In this document: positions 1 through 10,448 of the stretch, in pieces | Position numbering within the stretch: position 1 is the stretch's first letter | Layout: each line of letters opens with the position of its first letter | Assembly (NCBI GenBank): GCA_036867785.1 | Contig: CP145419.1 | Coordinates: 682,001-746,000 of the forward strand | DNA length: 64,000 nt | Direction: 5' to 3' | Origin: Plasmodiophora brassicae | Lineage: Eukaryota | Program-made: the position numbers and the translations under genes | Notes under the pieces: model-generated | What the model was told of the DNA's origin: nothing | Database searches by the model: none | The model's input: the letters and a program-made list of their open reading frames with translations, nothing else

Positions 1-626
1 ACGTCTTCGTCCTGATCCTGATCACGGCCACCATCGTCGACTGGATCCACAGAAGGAGTAGGGCGCCTTTGATGTACGTTGGTTCGCATTGCCTCACCGT
101 CGTCGTAGACGTCTACCACGAGCTGCGGTCGCGTCTCGTGTACGAGCCAAAGGTTCAGGAGCGCGTTCGAGCACTTCGCGGGCTGCCTGCTGCATCGGCA
201 ATGGACGCGAAAGGCAAACGCAAGTCCAAGCGGCGCGCCGACGACCTGGACGACATCACGGACGCTGAGATCAGCGCCGTCGTCGAGATGCCCAACTGGA
301 CGGGCGGGCCGCCGACGTGGCGCGACTCGCTGCCGATGCGGATGTCGCATTGGCCGGTGCACATTGCCAAGTTCCTCGCCTGGGCCGCCCGCTGGCTCGT
401 CCTGTTCACCATCCTGCGGCGGCCGTACGGCGACGACGAGAAGGCGTTCCTGCTGCGGCGGAACCTGTGCCTGTCCCAGGGCGCGTGGCAGGCGCTGCCC
501 GAACATCGGCGGAAGGCGCTCTGGGACCTGGAGCTGTGGGACGTCGACGCGTACCAGGCCTGGCGCCGACGCCAACGACAACGCAACAAGGGCGGCGACG
601 ACTACGACTCTGACTTTGTCGACTGA
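1..626 (+). CDS. DNAJC25: DnaJ homolog subfamily C member 25-like, C-terminal part (5' end outside window)
   Basis: PPTWRDSLP...FLAWAARWLVLFTILRRPYGDDEKAFLLRRNL...ELW resembles the DNAJC25 C-terminal region; GT-AG intron ~58-108. Confidence 0.7.
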   Translation, partial: VFVLILITATIVDWIHRRSRAPLMYVGSHCLTVVVDVYHELRSRLVYEPKVQERVRALRGLPAASAMDAKGKRKSKRRADDLDDITDAEISAVVEMPNWTGGPPTWRDSLPMRMSHWPVHIAKFLAWAARWLVLFTILRRPYGDDEKAFLLRRNLCLSQGAWQALPEHRRKALWDLELWDVDAYQAWRRRQRQRNKGGDDYDSDFVD

Positions 627-969
627 CGCAGCGTGCGTCCCCTGTCTGCCCGACCCGAATACAACCAGTGCGGCACGCCTGCCCATGGTGCATTATGATA
701 CAGCGCTAGAGATGGTGCTCGTCCTGGTAGGATCTGCCCCGGGATCGCCGGATGGCCGGTGGCGGCGCGCCCTCGCTCTCCCGTCGCGACAGCAGGCGAA
801 CGCGCGGCCATTCGCCGCCGCCGTACGAGTCGGCGCTGCCGCTCATCGGATGCGCCGGCGCCGCCTGCAACGACAGGACCCGCTCGCGAGCCGTATCCGG
901 CGTCAACCTTCGCCCGGAGACGTCCGCTGGTTCCCGGACGTCATCATCCACAGCCTGGCGATGGGGACG

Positions 970-2065
970 TCAGAACGGGATCCGTCGTCGTCGCGCGACG
1001 ATCGCTACCGAGTGCAGGAGGAAGCGCCGGAACGGGCGGCTCGTCCTGAGCGCGGGGAAGACGGACGCGGACAGCGCGGCAACACCCGAATCGTACGCCG
1101 CTGCGATCGCCGACCTCACCGCAGCGGGAGGCGCATCGTCCGGCAGGCCCAGCGACCTGTGTGTGTGCGAGTGCCGCCGCGCGCACGTCAGCGAAAACGT
1201 GCTCTGTGCCACCAAACGACAATCGCGCTGACCGGAACGCGTCCAGGTCGACGACGGCGTCGTCGAAGCGGTCCAGGGCGCGCGCGGCATCGACCGTCAG
1301 GCGGGCCAGGTCGCCGGCGCCCATGGCCGACGCGAGTTCGACGAGCAGGCCGGACGCGACGTCGTGGCGAAGCACGGCGGGCAACCGCTGCATTCGGGCC
1401 ACGAACGCGTCGCGGGCGTCCGCCCACTGGTACTGTCGGGACAGGAGCGCCTGGGCGCGGTGGAACCCGCGGTTGACGTGGATCCGGCGAACGCACTGGC
1501 GCTCGATGAGGGCGACCCATTCGCTGGCGTCGTCGCGCGTCCCGCATCGCAGGCGGCAGGCGCCTTGCGGCCCGATGACGTCGAACTCCAGGCCGGTGGA
1601 CGGGCAGGGCCTGACGACGGCAGCGCACAGGTCGATGGAGTCCTTCGATTTCGTCGACCGGTGGTCCTTGTAGACGTGCATCCTGGATTCGTGGACGACG
1701 ATCCAGCGACGCGCGTAGGCGCCCGGGCGGAGGCGGCGATCCAGGTACCCCTGGTGGCGGCTAGAGGCGCCGATTCGAGCCGGGTGCTGGTCGGGCAGCG
1801 ATCCGGTGGAGCACCAGACGCGGACGTTGTAGGCGGTGGATGCCAGGGCGTCCATGTGGTCGAGCAGGAGGTCGCTGTCGTCGAGGTCGATCTCCTCGGT
1901 GATGCCCAGGGCGTCGCTCGCCGTTAGCGACAGGCGGGCCGACGGGGACCGCAAGCGGACCAGGTCGCAGACAGCGGCGCACGTGCTGGAGGACGACACG
2001 CGAACCGTCACGACCGACAGGTCGTTCATGTGGATGCGCACGATCCGCCCGCCATCGTCCGTCAT
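970..2065 (-). CDS. Signalling protein: RA/ubiquitin-like N-terminus + PH domain + RGS-like C-terminus
   Basis: PH signature HQGYLDRR...RRWIVV...MHVYKD...IDL...EWVALI; after an intron (~1232-1157) the tail AYDSGVAALSASVFPALRTSRPFRRFL resembles the RGS C-terminal helix. Confidence 0.6.
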
Positions 2066-2180
2066 GGCCGGCTAGACCATGACGACAACCGGGAAGTGTC
2101 GTCGTGGCAGGTACCCCCTGGTCGACCGTACCCCAGGTATCGGACAAGACCGGGTGTGTATTAAGTGGGACCAGTACTCT

Positions 2181-3540
2181 TTATGGAGACGAGGTCCTCA
2201 ATCGTCGATGCAGGCGCACGGCGATGACCATGACGACGATCTGGACAGCGATCAGGGCCGGCAGCCACATCCAGATCGTTACCGTGCTCATGGGACTGGT
2301 GCTTGGAGGTGCGCCAGGGGACGATGGCATTGCTTGCCGTCGTCGGTTCTGCAGGAGGGCAGCAGCGGCGATAACGGGGATGGTCAACAAGGTCGCTCTT
2401 GGCACGCGCTTGTCAAGAACCAGGCGCGGCAGCATGTCTGATAGAGGCTGGCGACGAGGGGATGGGCGCCGTCGACGCAGCAGGAGCGCCATGAACGGCA
2501 GTACCACTGTGGTCGCGACCAACGTCGGGAGGTACGGGATGCCACCTGACCAGGTCAGCGTTGTCCCCAACGAAGGTATCTGGGTCGCCACCGAGGGGGC
2601 GCTCGTTCCGATGTCCGTTGCGTCCGGGTTCGCTGTGGTGCTGGTTATGGCGTGCTGTTTGGCATCAGAGTTCGTTCGATGGTCGCCCTTCTTCGCCGGA
2701 GCGCCCGCATTGCCGCCCAGATCCCTGCGAACGCCGATGTATGAGAGGGTGGACAGACGCCGCATGGGAGATTGGGTGATACGATTCCTGGTACCCGAGA
2801 CGCAGCGGCCCCTGTGAGCTGACGGTGCAGAACATCTCTTTCGCATCCCGGACAGGCTGCAGCAGAGTCGCCAAGATCGCCGTCTTAGTAGGCGATTCCT
2901 TCATACGGAACAACGTGACCTCGGTATCCACGGAGCGTGCCAGGTATTGGCGAATGGACTCCAGCACCTGATCCTTCGCATTCTTGAGATCTGCCTTCAC
3001 TACGTTCGCGTTCGTACGGATGTGTTCCATGATTGAACGCAAAGCAGCGGCACGGCGCTCTGCGGCTATTTGGTCGAGAGAGTCCCTGATGCAGCACAGG
3101 GCGGAACACGTAGCGAAAGCGTCCGAGTCTGCCTGCGTTCTCAACCTGAACAAGCGACATGCGGGAGTCAGCGAGGACGGTGGCATACGCAGCCTACAGA
3201 GGCGTGCCAGGACAACAGTGCCCTACCAAGGGTTGCTGGCGTCCGTCACATCGAAGTTGCCGCTCTTTAACCTGACACATGCCAACGGACATGTCAACGG
3301 ATGCGCGGCCGACTCGTCATCAATGTGGAAGGCGTACACTTTGTTGAATGACTGAAACGTCATGGCAACGCCGCCGACTGACAGGAGCAGTCCCAGTGCT
3401 ACAGGCGCGACAACAGCAACGGCCCATAGCGGCATGGTTGCTGACGCAGAGAATGCAGCGGGCGGCGGCAGGACACCAGCAGCAGCAGCAGTCTCCACTT
3501 CTATTTCCGCCCGAGGCGCACTAGGGGCCAAATCCGGCAT
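2181..3540 (-). CDS. Hypothetical multi-exon membrane protein (possibly two genes)
   Basis: ORFs 3223-3540 (TM LWAVAVVAPVALGLLLSVGG), 2665-3186 (helical) and 2181-2846 (three hydrophobic segments each followed by Arg clusters); exon joins uncertain. Confidence 0.4.
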
Positions 3541-3599
3541 CGCCGAATCAGGTTGGCAGTCTCGTCGACGGAACAAGGAAGACGTAACGTTCTGCGTGT

Positions 3600-4322
3600 T
3601 TACTGTTGCACAGCGGCGGTCGAATAACCGACAAATTCGAAATCAATGTGGGCCGCCGCCAGCTTCCTGCGCTTGAGGTCGTTGCTGGCGACGAGGTTCT
3701 CGACACGGCGCTTGTGAGATTCGTGGTCGCGCGCATTATGAGCAGGCTTGCTCCGGACGACGCTGTTCGTGTAGTGCTTGCCTGGGTGCCATGCACCGGC
3801 GAACAGTTTGTCGTGAATCTTGGACTCGGGGACGATCTGGCAGACCAGCGTGCGCCCGTACATCATGTACCCGTGCATGGCGTCAACGACGACCTTGGCG
3901 ACGTCTGGCGTTTCCAATTCCACGAACGCGTAATGCCGGGACTTGTGCGTCTTCGGGTTCCTTGACAGGCGCAGCCTGACGACCTTCCCGAATTGGGAGA
4001 AGTACCCATGCATCTCCCGTTCAAAGAACCCGAACGGAATACGACCCAGGTAGATAACAGCACCGGGCGTGGGCGGTTTTCGTTTCGGCTGCTCAGGTGC
4101 AGCGGTCGGGACTTTCAGGTCCTCCACGTTCCTCGACGTCAGGGACGCAATGACAGCATCCATCTCCGCAGCAATGGCTTCGGGACCCTCCCCCATACCG
4201 TCGTCATCAGCCGCGATCTCAGCGTCAGCTTTCGCCTCTTGCTCCGTTCGAGTCTTCAGTTCGGCTTCCGCCTCCTGGCGCTTAGCACGCTTAGCGAGCT
4301 TCGCCTTTCGATTCTTGGCCAT
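3600..4322 (-). CDS. NOP15: RRM ribosome biogenesis factor NIFK/Nop15
   Basis: VIYLGRIPFGFFEREMHGYFSQFGKVVRLRLSRNPKTHKSRHYAFVEL; C-terminal KRRKLAAAHIDFEF. Confidence 0.9.
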   Translation of the reverse strand: MAKNRKAKLAKRAKRQEAEAELKTRTEQEAKADAEIAADDDGMGEGPEAIAAEMDAVIASLTSRNVEDLKVPTAAPEQPKRKPPTPGAVIYLGRIPFGFFEREMHGYFSQFGKVVRLRLSRNPKTHKSRHYAFVELETPDVAKVVVDAMHGYMMYGRTLVCQIVPESKIHDKLFAGAWHPGKHYTNSVVRSKPAHNARDHESHKRRVENLVASNDLKRRKLAAAHIDFEFVGYSTAAVQQ

Positions 4323-4427
4323 TGGTAATGATCACACAGCGCACCACCCGCTTACCGAGTCCGTGACGGACTCCGCGACGGACTTCAGCACAGCACTGCT
4401 CGGCAAAGAACGGGTAGTGCATAACGT

Positions 4428-5194
4428 TTATGTCGAAATCGGTTGTTGTTGTTGTTGCTGTTGAGGTTGGTCGGGTTCGGGCTCCTTCTTGAACTCTTTG
4501 ACGAAATGGCACTGGCAGGTGAATACTTTACGTTCATGATCCCAGTCGGTCAGGAACCGCCCTTCACCTCGGTCGATCGGACGGTTCGGAATCTTGAAAG
4601 CGACTGTGACAGCGAAACGTTAACCATAACGACAACCTAAACAACAAGGAAATGCACAATCCTACCGGTATCATATGGTTCAGCAGCGAACAGGATATAC
4701 TGGTACTTGAGGTCGTGAGGCTCAACCTTCTGCTCCACGGACGACATGAACCGGTGCCGTGGCTGCACGTTCTCAGAGATGTTTGGGTACATCAGCCGGA
4801 ACAGGACGCCGAGCTGTCCGGTATACGGGTCGCGTTGCTTGATGATCTTATATCCAGGCGTGCCAATCTTTGGCGTTTTCTTGGGTACGATCCTGGGTTT
4901 CGCCGCCGCCAGCGGCATGGTCCCGACCGTTCCTCCCGATTTCAATGCCATTTTCGCAGCACGCCGGGCCAGGTTCTGCTGATGGCGTTTACCCTGCGTA
5001 TGCGCCAGGTAGCTGCCCTCGTTCGTGTGCAGCGTCAGGCACAGGCGGCATTCGATCGACCCGAGATGGTTGCGCAGTATGTACGGATCCTTCGACAGGT
5101 CGACCGTCTCCAGCGCCAGCTGTCGCAGACGCTCACGCCGGTCCACATTCGCGTTGGACGCCGATGCGACCCCGCCTGAGCCCGGCTTCGACAT
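4428..5194 (-). CDS. SF3A2: Splicing factor 3A subunit 2 (Prp11)
   Basis: RRERLRQLALETVDLSKDPY, zinc finger CRLCLTLHTNEGSYLAHTQGKRH, FAAEPYDT-intron-VAFKIP; short Gln-rich tail. Confidence 0.95.
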
Positions 5195-5465
5195 GACGCC
5201 GCCGCCGCCCGCCGACTGTCAAACTCCGTGGCCCACTGACGCTGCTGCTGTGGACAACCCGTTGCACCAACCTGCAGACCGACGCAGCCGTCGAGTACCG
5301 CACGCGGTATGGCCATTTGCTAGTCGGACATGTCGTCCTGCATATAACAGCAGCATGTGATGCAGACAGTTGGGTGTATGTCGGCCACGCCGTCTTCAGG
5401 ACGGGCCTCCGCGTCTGTGCAACGCTGTGGCCGACTTTATCGATCGTTGCGGAGAGCGTCGACAA

Positions 5466-6646
5466 TGCTGCGCCCTGCGGGAGGGACGCGGCGGCGTCGG
5501 TGGTTCACAGAGCATTGCTGGCATCGTTGGTACAGGACGACATGGAACCAGGCGATCCGGCCGGATCTGCGCGCGTATTGGTTTGACCGAAGTATGAAGC
5601 TGTGCCTCGATGAGATGCGGAGCCAGGTGGAGAACATTCGTCACATCGTTGAAGTTCGTGACGCGCGCATCCCGTACTGTTCGCACCCGTAGGTGCCTGG
5701 TTGCCAATTCTCAGTGCAATGTATACCGACGACACTGCCTCAGTGAGATCGACAAGTTATGTGATGGACCTACCGGCTGCAAACGCATGATTGTGTTCAC
5801 ACACGGCGAGTTGATCCCGGAGAAGGACGTGGCGAAGATCAAGGCGAACATCGAGGATCTCTGCAACGGCATCGAACCGGTAATGATGGACCTGTCAGAC
5901 AGGGAGCAGCCGAGGCCGAAGACGCAGGCGATCAAGAAAGAGCTGTTCCCTTTCCTGATGAGTGTGACATCGCCCACAACGAAAGTTCCTGTTCGGGCGT
6001 TCACTGTCGGATACCCGAACGTCGGCAAGTCGACGTTCCTGTATGTCGTCACGAAGGACACCACACAGGAGATCAAGAAGAAAGGATTGTTCCACCGTCC
6101 GAAGATCGCCAACACGCCCGGCTATACGACAACGTTGAAACCACATTGGCTGAGCTGGAAGCCCCCCGTACGCCTTATTGATTCGCCTGTTAGTGCGCCC
6201 GAGTTTTGTTCTACTTGCTGGAGCACCGATCTAACGACAGTGTTCAGGGTCTGGTTCCACCGGCGAGCGAATTCAAGAAGCTTCCTGATCTGTTCTACAA
6301 GATGGCTCTGATTGGGTGCCTGAAGGAGGAATATGTCGACCGGGAATATCCCGACATCCTGGATTACCTGTTGTTCAGGTTGAACGCATCAGGGAACACA
6401 GACTACGTGCAGTACTTCAACCTGGCAGGACCCACAGATAACTTCGAGGACCTGCTGATGTCCAAGCTAGATGGCAGCGTGGCAGCGGCCAAGAAACGGC
6501 ATCTCGAAATTGTCACGCTGATATCCCAATGGAGGCAGGGTATGTTCGGCCGGATCATGCTGGACGACCATTCAACACCCATCTGCTCAACAACGGCAGC
6601 GACGTCAGCGTATCATGTCGGGTCCAGAAACACACGAATTCGATAA
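5466..6646 (+). CDS. MTG1: Circularly permuted GTPase, MTG1/RbgA family (mitochondrial ribosome assembly)
   Basis: IVEVRDARIP, G1 GYPNVGKS, G2 PGYT, G3 IDSP(G) across an intron, QWRQGMFGRIMLD; introns ~5690-5743 and ~6189-6248. Confidence 0.75.
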
Positions 6647-6695
6647 ATGTGACATAAATCTGGTGTATTTGCAGATTGCATATCCCGTCCAGCAT

Positions 6696-7115
6696 TCAGG
6701 CACGCTTTTCGGATACGAGGGAGGCGCTCAGGCGGGTTCCCCCTCGTTCTGCGAACCGGCCGCGTTCTGTAGATCGACTGCTGCGGGTGACCGGCGCGTC
6801 CACTGCAATACGGGACAGGGTGTGGATGACGGGAGCGGTGTCCTGATTATGGTTGAGCACGTGGACGCCATCATCGAACGCGAACTGCAGATCCGAATCG
6901 TCGACAGCCACTCCGTCCTGGGCGCGACGGCGAACGCGTTTCGGCACAGTGACGAATCGTCGGCGGTCTCTGACTTGATGGCTCCTCGGGTGCGGGATCT
7001 CGATGGCATCGCTCGAAGACTCGTTCATCGGACCGTCCTCGCACAACGCAGGCCATAGGCACAGCGCCACTATAAGGAACGCAACGAAGAGACGGACACC
7101 CGATGTGCACTCCAT
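6696..7115 (-). CDS. Small secreted protein, candidate effector (paralog A)
   Basis: Signal-peptide-like MECTSGVRLFVAFLIVALCLWPALC/ED; aligns with 10011-10448 (SDxIxIP, RDRRR, SDLQFAFDDGV, RLSASLxSExR). Confidence 0.75.
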   Translation of the reverse strand: MECTSGVRLFVAFLIVALCLWPALCEDGPMNESSSDAIEIPHPRSHQVRDRRRFVTVPKRVRRRAQDGVAVDDSDLQFAFDDGVHVLNHNQDTAPVIHTLSRIAVDAPVTRSSRSTERGRFAERGGTRLSASLVSEKRA

Positions 7116-7408
7116 CACGACCAATTGTTATGGGTTTGATATTTGTCGGTTGACGGTGGTGGACTTCTCGGTGACTCTCCTCTGTCCAAGTTACGGGGTT
7201 TTCCGCGACCCTGTGTGGCCGTCGCTATTTCCGTCATGCTTGCGCTCTCCGCCTCTCCGGAGCAAGCGCGCGACAGACGCGTCACTCCATCGATGCGAAG
7301 TCGAACGTAAAGGGCACAAGTATTGGCGTGGTGCCACAACTGCAGGGCAGGCGCGGGCCGGGAAAGAATATACGGGTTCGCATGTGACCACATGGTCACT
7401 GCCGCAGA

Positions 7409-7562
7409 TGTCGGACCTGTACCACGTGATCTCACCACGTGACACCACGTGACCCTGCGACCGACCGTCCTGGCAGCTGCTCCTGCTGCCCGCGATCTCT
7501 CATTACACTGTTAAAGCAGTCTCACGCACGCTCATGCCCCGTTCGACGGTGTGGTCGCCACA
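7409..7562 (+). repeat. 5' LTR of element 1
   Basis: Direct repeat of 9701-9852 with about 5 substitutions and a 2-nt indel. Confidence 0.95.
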
Positions 7563-7580
7563 TTTTTTGCGTGAAGACTC

Positions 7581-9370
7581 ATGGAAGAAGTTCAAGACCC
7601 GATTGCAGACCCTGTTCCCGGAGGTGGCGCCGCCGATGGTGCACCTGCCGACGAAGACGGTGGACCGCTCTCCCCACACTTGGGCAGCGACGTCGAGGAT
7701 GCGTTCGACTCGGTGGCCACCAACATCCGTCGACGCATCGCGCGCGTCGCACAGCTAGCAGTAGTTAACACCCTTCTGTCGGGGTTCGACGGTGAGCGTC
7801 TTCCCGCCGCCGAAGGCACGCAGCGCCGGTGCGCTGCAGAAGGAGCTTGAGACCCTGAACTTCTCAGCTCCGTACGGCACTTGACGCTGCCGAGGTGGCG
7901 CGCCCCAGACCGGCCACAGTGCCCAACAACACCCTCGCCGCGGGATCACTCGCGCAACTGGCCGAGGCGACCGCCTCGATACGGCCGGTCGCTGTGCCGG
8001 CCACCATCGCGACGTTCAACCGGTTCACGTGCGCCTCCGTCACCGACTGGCTTCTCAACTTCGAGGACCGGCTCAACGCCGCAGGTTACCCCATCAGCCG
8101 CTTCACCGCCGCGCTCGTCGCTCGGGGCGAGCCGACAGTCGCCGACTGGTGTCGGTCGAACATCCGCAATCTGCCCTGGCCCTCAGCACGCCAGCGGTTC
8201 CTGCGCCACTATATCACGGACGATGTCGTTTCCGTCCATCGTGAGGCCTTTGAGCGCATCACCAGGCGTCAGCGCGAGGGCATCCTGGCCTTCGCGGACA
8301 GGTACCTGCAGGCCTTGCGGCGAGCTGAGTTGGACCCGGACTCGCCCGGCCGCGTCACGCACTCTGCGGTTGCCCCCGTCCACGCAGAAGGACCTGTTCG
8401 TCGTGAAGCACGCTAGCGCCGCATCCCAGCCGCCAGCTCCGCGGGTACTCAGCAACGGTCGCTGGTGCTCGCTCCACCAAACCAACGGGCACGATGACGC
8501 CTCCTGCCGCGCCCAGTCCCACCCGCACGGGTCGTGCGGCCGCGTCACGCGCCGCCGAGCCCGTGCCCGCCTCGTCAGCCGACCGCAGTGCCGGCCCCGC
8601 GAACGCCAGTCGTGGCGCCTGGTGGCCCCCGGTCGCCAGCTCAGCAAGGACCCGTGAGGGGTCCTCCGCCACGTCCGCTCACCTGTCATCAGTGCGGACG
8701 GCCTGGCCACCTGCGACGGGACTGCCCTCACGCCGCTTCCTCCAGTCTCGCCATCAACAGCTTCCCAGCCGAAGCGTCAGACCCGGACGCATCGTTCGAA
8801 CAAATCGAGGCGATGTTCGACGCAATCCCGAGCATCGGGGGCTCGGCGCGCAACCCATCCGTGCTCACGATGGACACTGCCGCTGACTACGAGACGGCCT
8901 TCTTCGTGCCCATCACCGTGGCCGGCCTCGAGGAGGCCGCCTTCATCGACTCAGGGGCATCGAATTCGCACCTGCCCGAGGACCTCCTCCAGCGCCTGCC
9001 TCCGGAGGTTCGCGCGTCGTTCGTCGCTGCTCCAGCAGGCAGCCGCGTCGCTCTAGGGGCACACGGAGCCTTCGCCACGCGCATCGGCGCCGTGACCTCG
9101 CCGTGGCCGCACCCACCAGCACACCTTCGAGGTGTCCTGGCCGCCACCGGGCGTACGCGTCATCATCGGACGCGATCATCTGTTCAAGTTGCTCGGCATC
9201 AGCTTTTGCAGGACTTCCCTGCCCGCATCCCGAGCAGGGCAGTCCGCCGCCCGACGATCCGCGCGCCGACATCGCGGACGACGACACGGGCACCGTCTAC
9301 GACACGTGGCGCCAGCACCCCAACCTGTTGGATGCCCTGGCCAGGAACCAAGCCCTGCCGAAGGACTCGA
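7581..9370 (+). pseudogene. Disrupted gag-protease of LTR element 1
   Basis: Gag VTDWLLNFEDRL...W...F; CSLHQTNGHDDASC; CCHC knuckle CHQCGRPGHLRRDC; protease FIDSGAS...IIGRD; interrupted by stops and frameshifts. Confidence 0.85.
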
Positions 9371-9677
9371 TGCGGTATGCGGTACTGCGGGATGAAGGCG
9401 GGCTCGGCCTCGACACCGGCCGGTGTCGAGGTGCACGACTGCCTGAGGAAGCGTGCAGAACGAGTCCTTCGGCAGGCCTTAGTTCCTGGCCAGGGCATCC
9501 AACAGGTTGGGGTGCTGGCGCCACGTGTCGTAGACGGTGCCCGTGTCGTCGTCCGCGATGTCGGCGCGCGGATCGTCGGGCGGCGGACTGCCCTGCTCGG
9601 GACGCGGACAAGGAAGTCCTGCAATGCTGATGCCGAGCAACTTGAACAGATCGCGTCCGATGATGACGCGTACGCCC
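9149..9677. repeat. Long inverted repeat (arms 9149-9369 / 9461-9677) with a perfect 24-bp palindrome at 9408-9431
   Basis: Right arm is the reverse complement of the left arm with few mismatches; CCTCGACACCGG-CCGGTGTCGAGG lies in the spacer. Confidence 0.95.
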
Positions 9678-9700
9678 GCCGCACCCACCAGCACACCTGA

Positions 9701-9852
9701 TGTCGGACCTGTACCACGTGATCTCACCACGTGACACCACGTGACCCGGCGACCGACCGTCCCGGCAGCTGCCCCTGCTGCCCGCGATCTCTCATTACAC
9801 TGTTAGCAGTCTCACGCACGCTCATGCCCTGTTCGGCGGTGTGGTCGCCACA
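9701..9852 (+). repeat. 3' LTR of element 1
   Basis: Direct repeat of 7409-7562, followed by TSD GCAGA. Confidence 0.95.
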
Positions 9853-10010
9853 GCAGAACGCGGGCACGGAGCACTCGTCAGCCCGAATACAAGCAAATTT
9901 CATTCTACACTCACGGCAGCCGTTACGAACTTCGTAGCAAAACTGGTACGAATTAAAGCAGAAGACGCATGCGGTCAGGATGACTTTATGGCCACCCCTA
10001 TGTGGCAATG

Positions 10011-10448
10011 TCAGACACGATTTTCGGACAGGAGCGATGCGCTTAGGCGGGGCCCGAAACGCGCCGCGAATCGATCGCGTTCTTGAATTCGGCTACTGAG
10101 GATCCTGATGCCGATACCCACCGTGACATTGTACTCGGAACGAGCGACGGCAAGGGGTGCTTGACTTCGACTGAACGGCATCTGGACACCATCGTCGAAC
10201 GCGAATTGCAGATCAGATTCATCACCAAAAGCGGTGTCCTGTAACTCATAGAAAGCGGGTTTCGGTACGGCAGCAATATGACGCCGTCGGCGATCTCTGG
10301 CGTGACGTGTCTGGGGGCGCGGGATATCAATTGGGTCGCTTGCCAACGTGTACTTGTCCTTCCCAACATCCTCGCACAACGCAACCCATACGCAAAGCAC
10401 CAACAGGAACACGACACAAAGGCGGGCGCCCGATGTGCACTTCATCAC
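10011..10448 (-). CDS. Small secreted protein, candidate effector (paralog B)
   Basis: Signal-peptide-like MMKCTSGARLCVVFLLVLCVWVALC/ED; paralog of 6696-7115. Confidence 0.75.
   Translation of the reverse strand: MMKCTSGARLCVVFLLVLCVWVALCEDVGKDKYTLASDPIDIPRPQTRHARDRRRRHIAAVPKPAFYELQDTAFGDESDLQFAFDDGVQMPFSRSQAPLAVARSEYNVTVGIGIRILSSRIQERDRFAARFGPRLSASLLSENRV

Larger units (their letters stand above)
7409..9852 (+). mobile_element. Non-autonomous Ty3/gypsy-like LTR retrotransposon (gag + protease only)
   Basis: TG...CA LTRs 7409-7562 and 9701-9852; 5-bp TSD GCAGA at 7404-7408 and 9853-9857; gag, zinc knuckle and protease present; no RT, RNase H or integrase. Confidence 0.95.

Noticed and set aside
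706-951. 81-aa minus-strand ORF downstream of the PH gene
   Set aside because: No motif, and it lies in probable 3' UTR space between convergent genes; cannot be supported without RNA data
364-1476. 370-aa plus-strand ORF
   Set aside because: Off-frame or antisense to DNAJC25 and the PH gene; low-complexity composition
6696-7115. RxLR-type translocation motif in the effector pair
   Set aside because: The basic patch is RDRRR, not RxLR-dEER
7563-7571. Priming by a half tRNA-Ala(CGC) (TTGCG versus anticodon loop CGCAA)
   Set aside because: Only 5 nt of complementarity in either element; pairing with the LTR is longer
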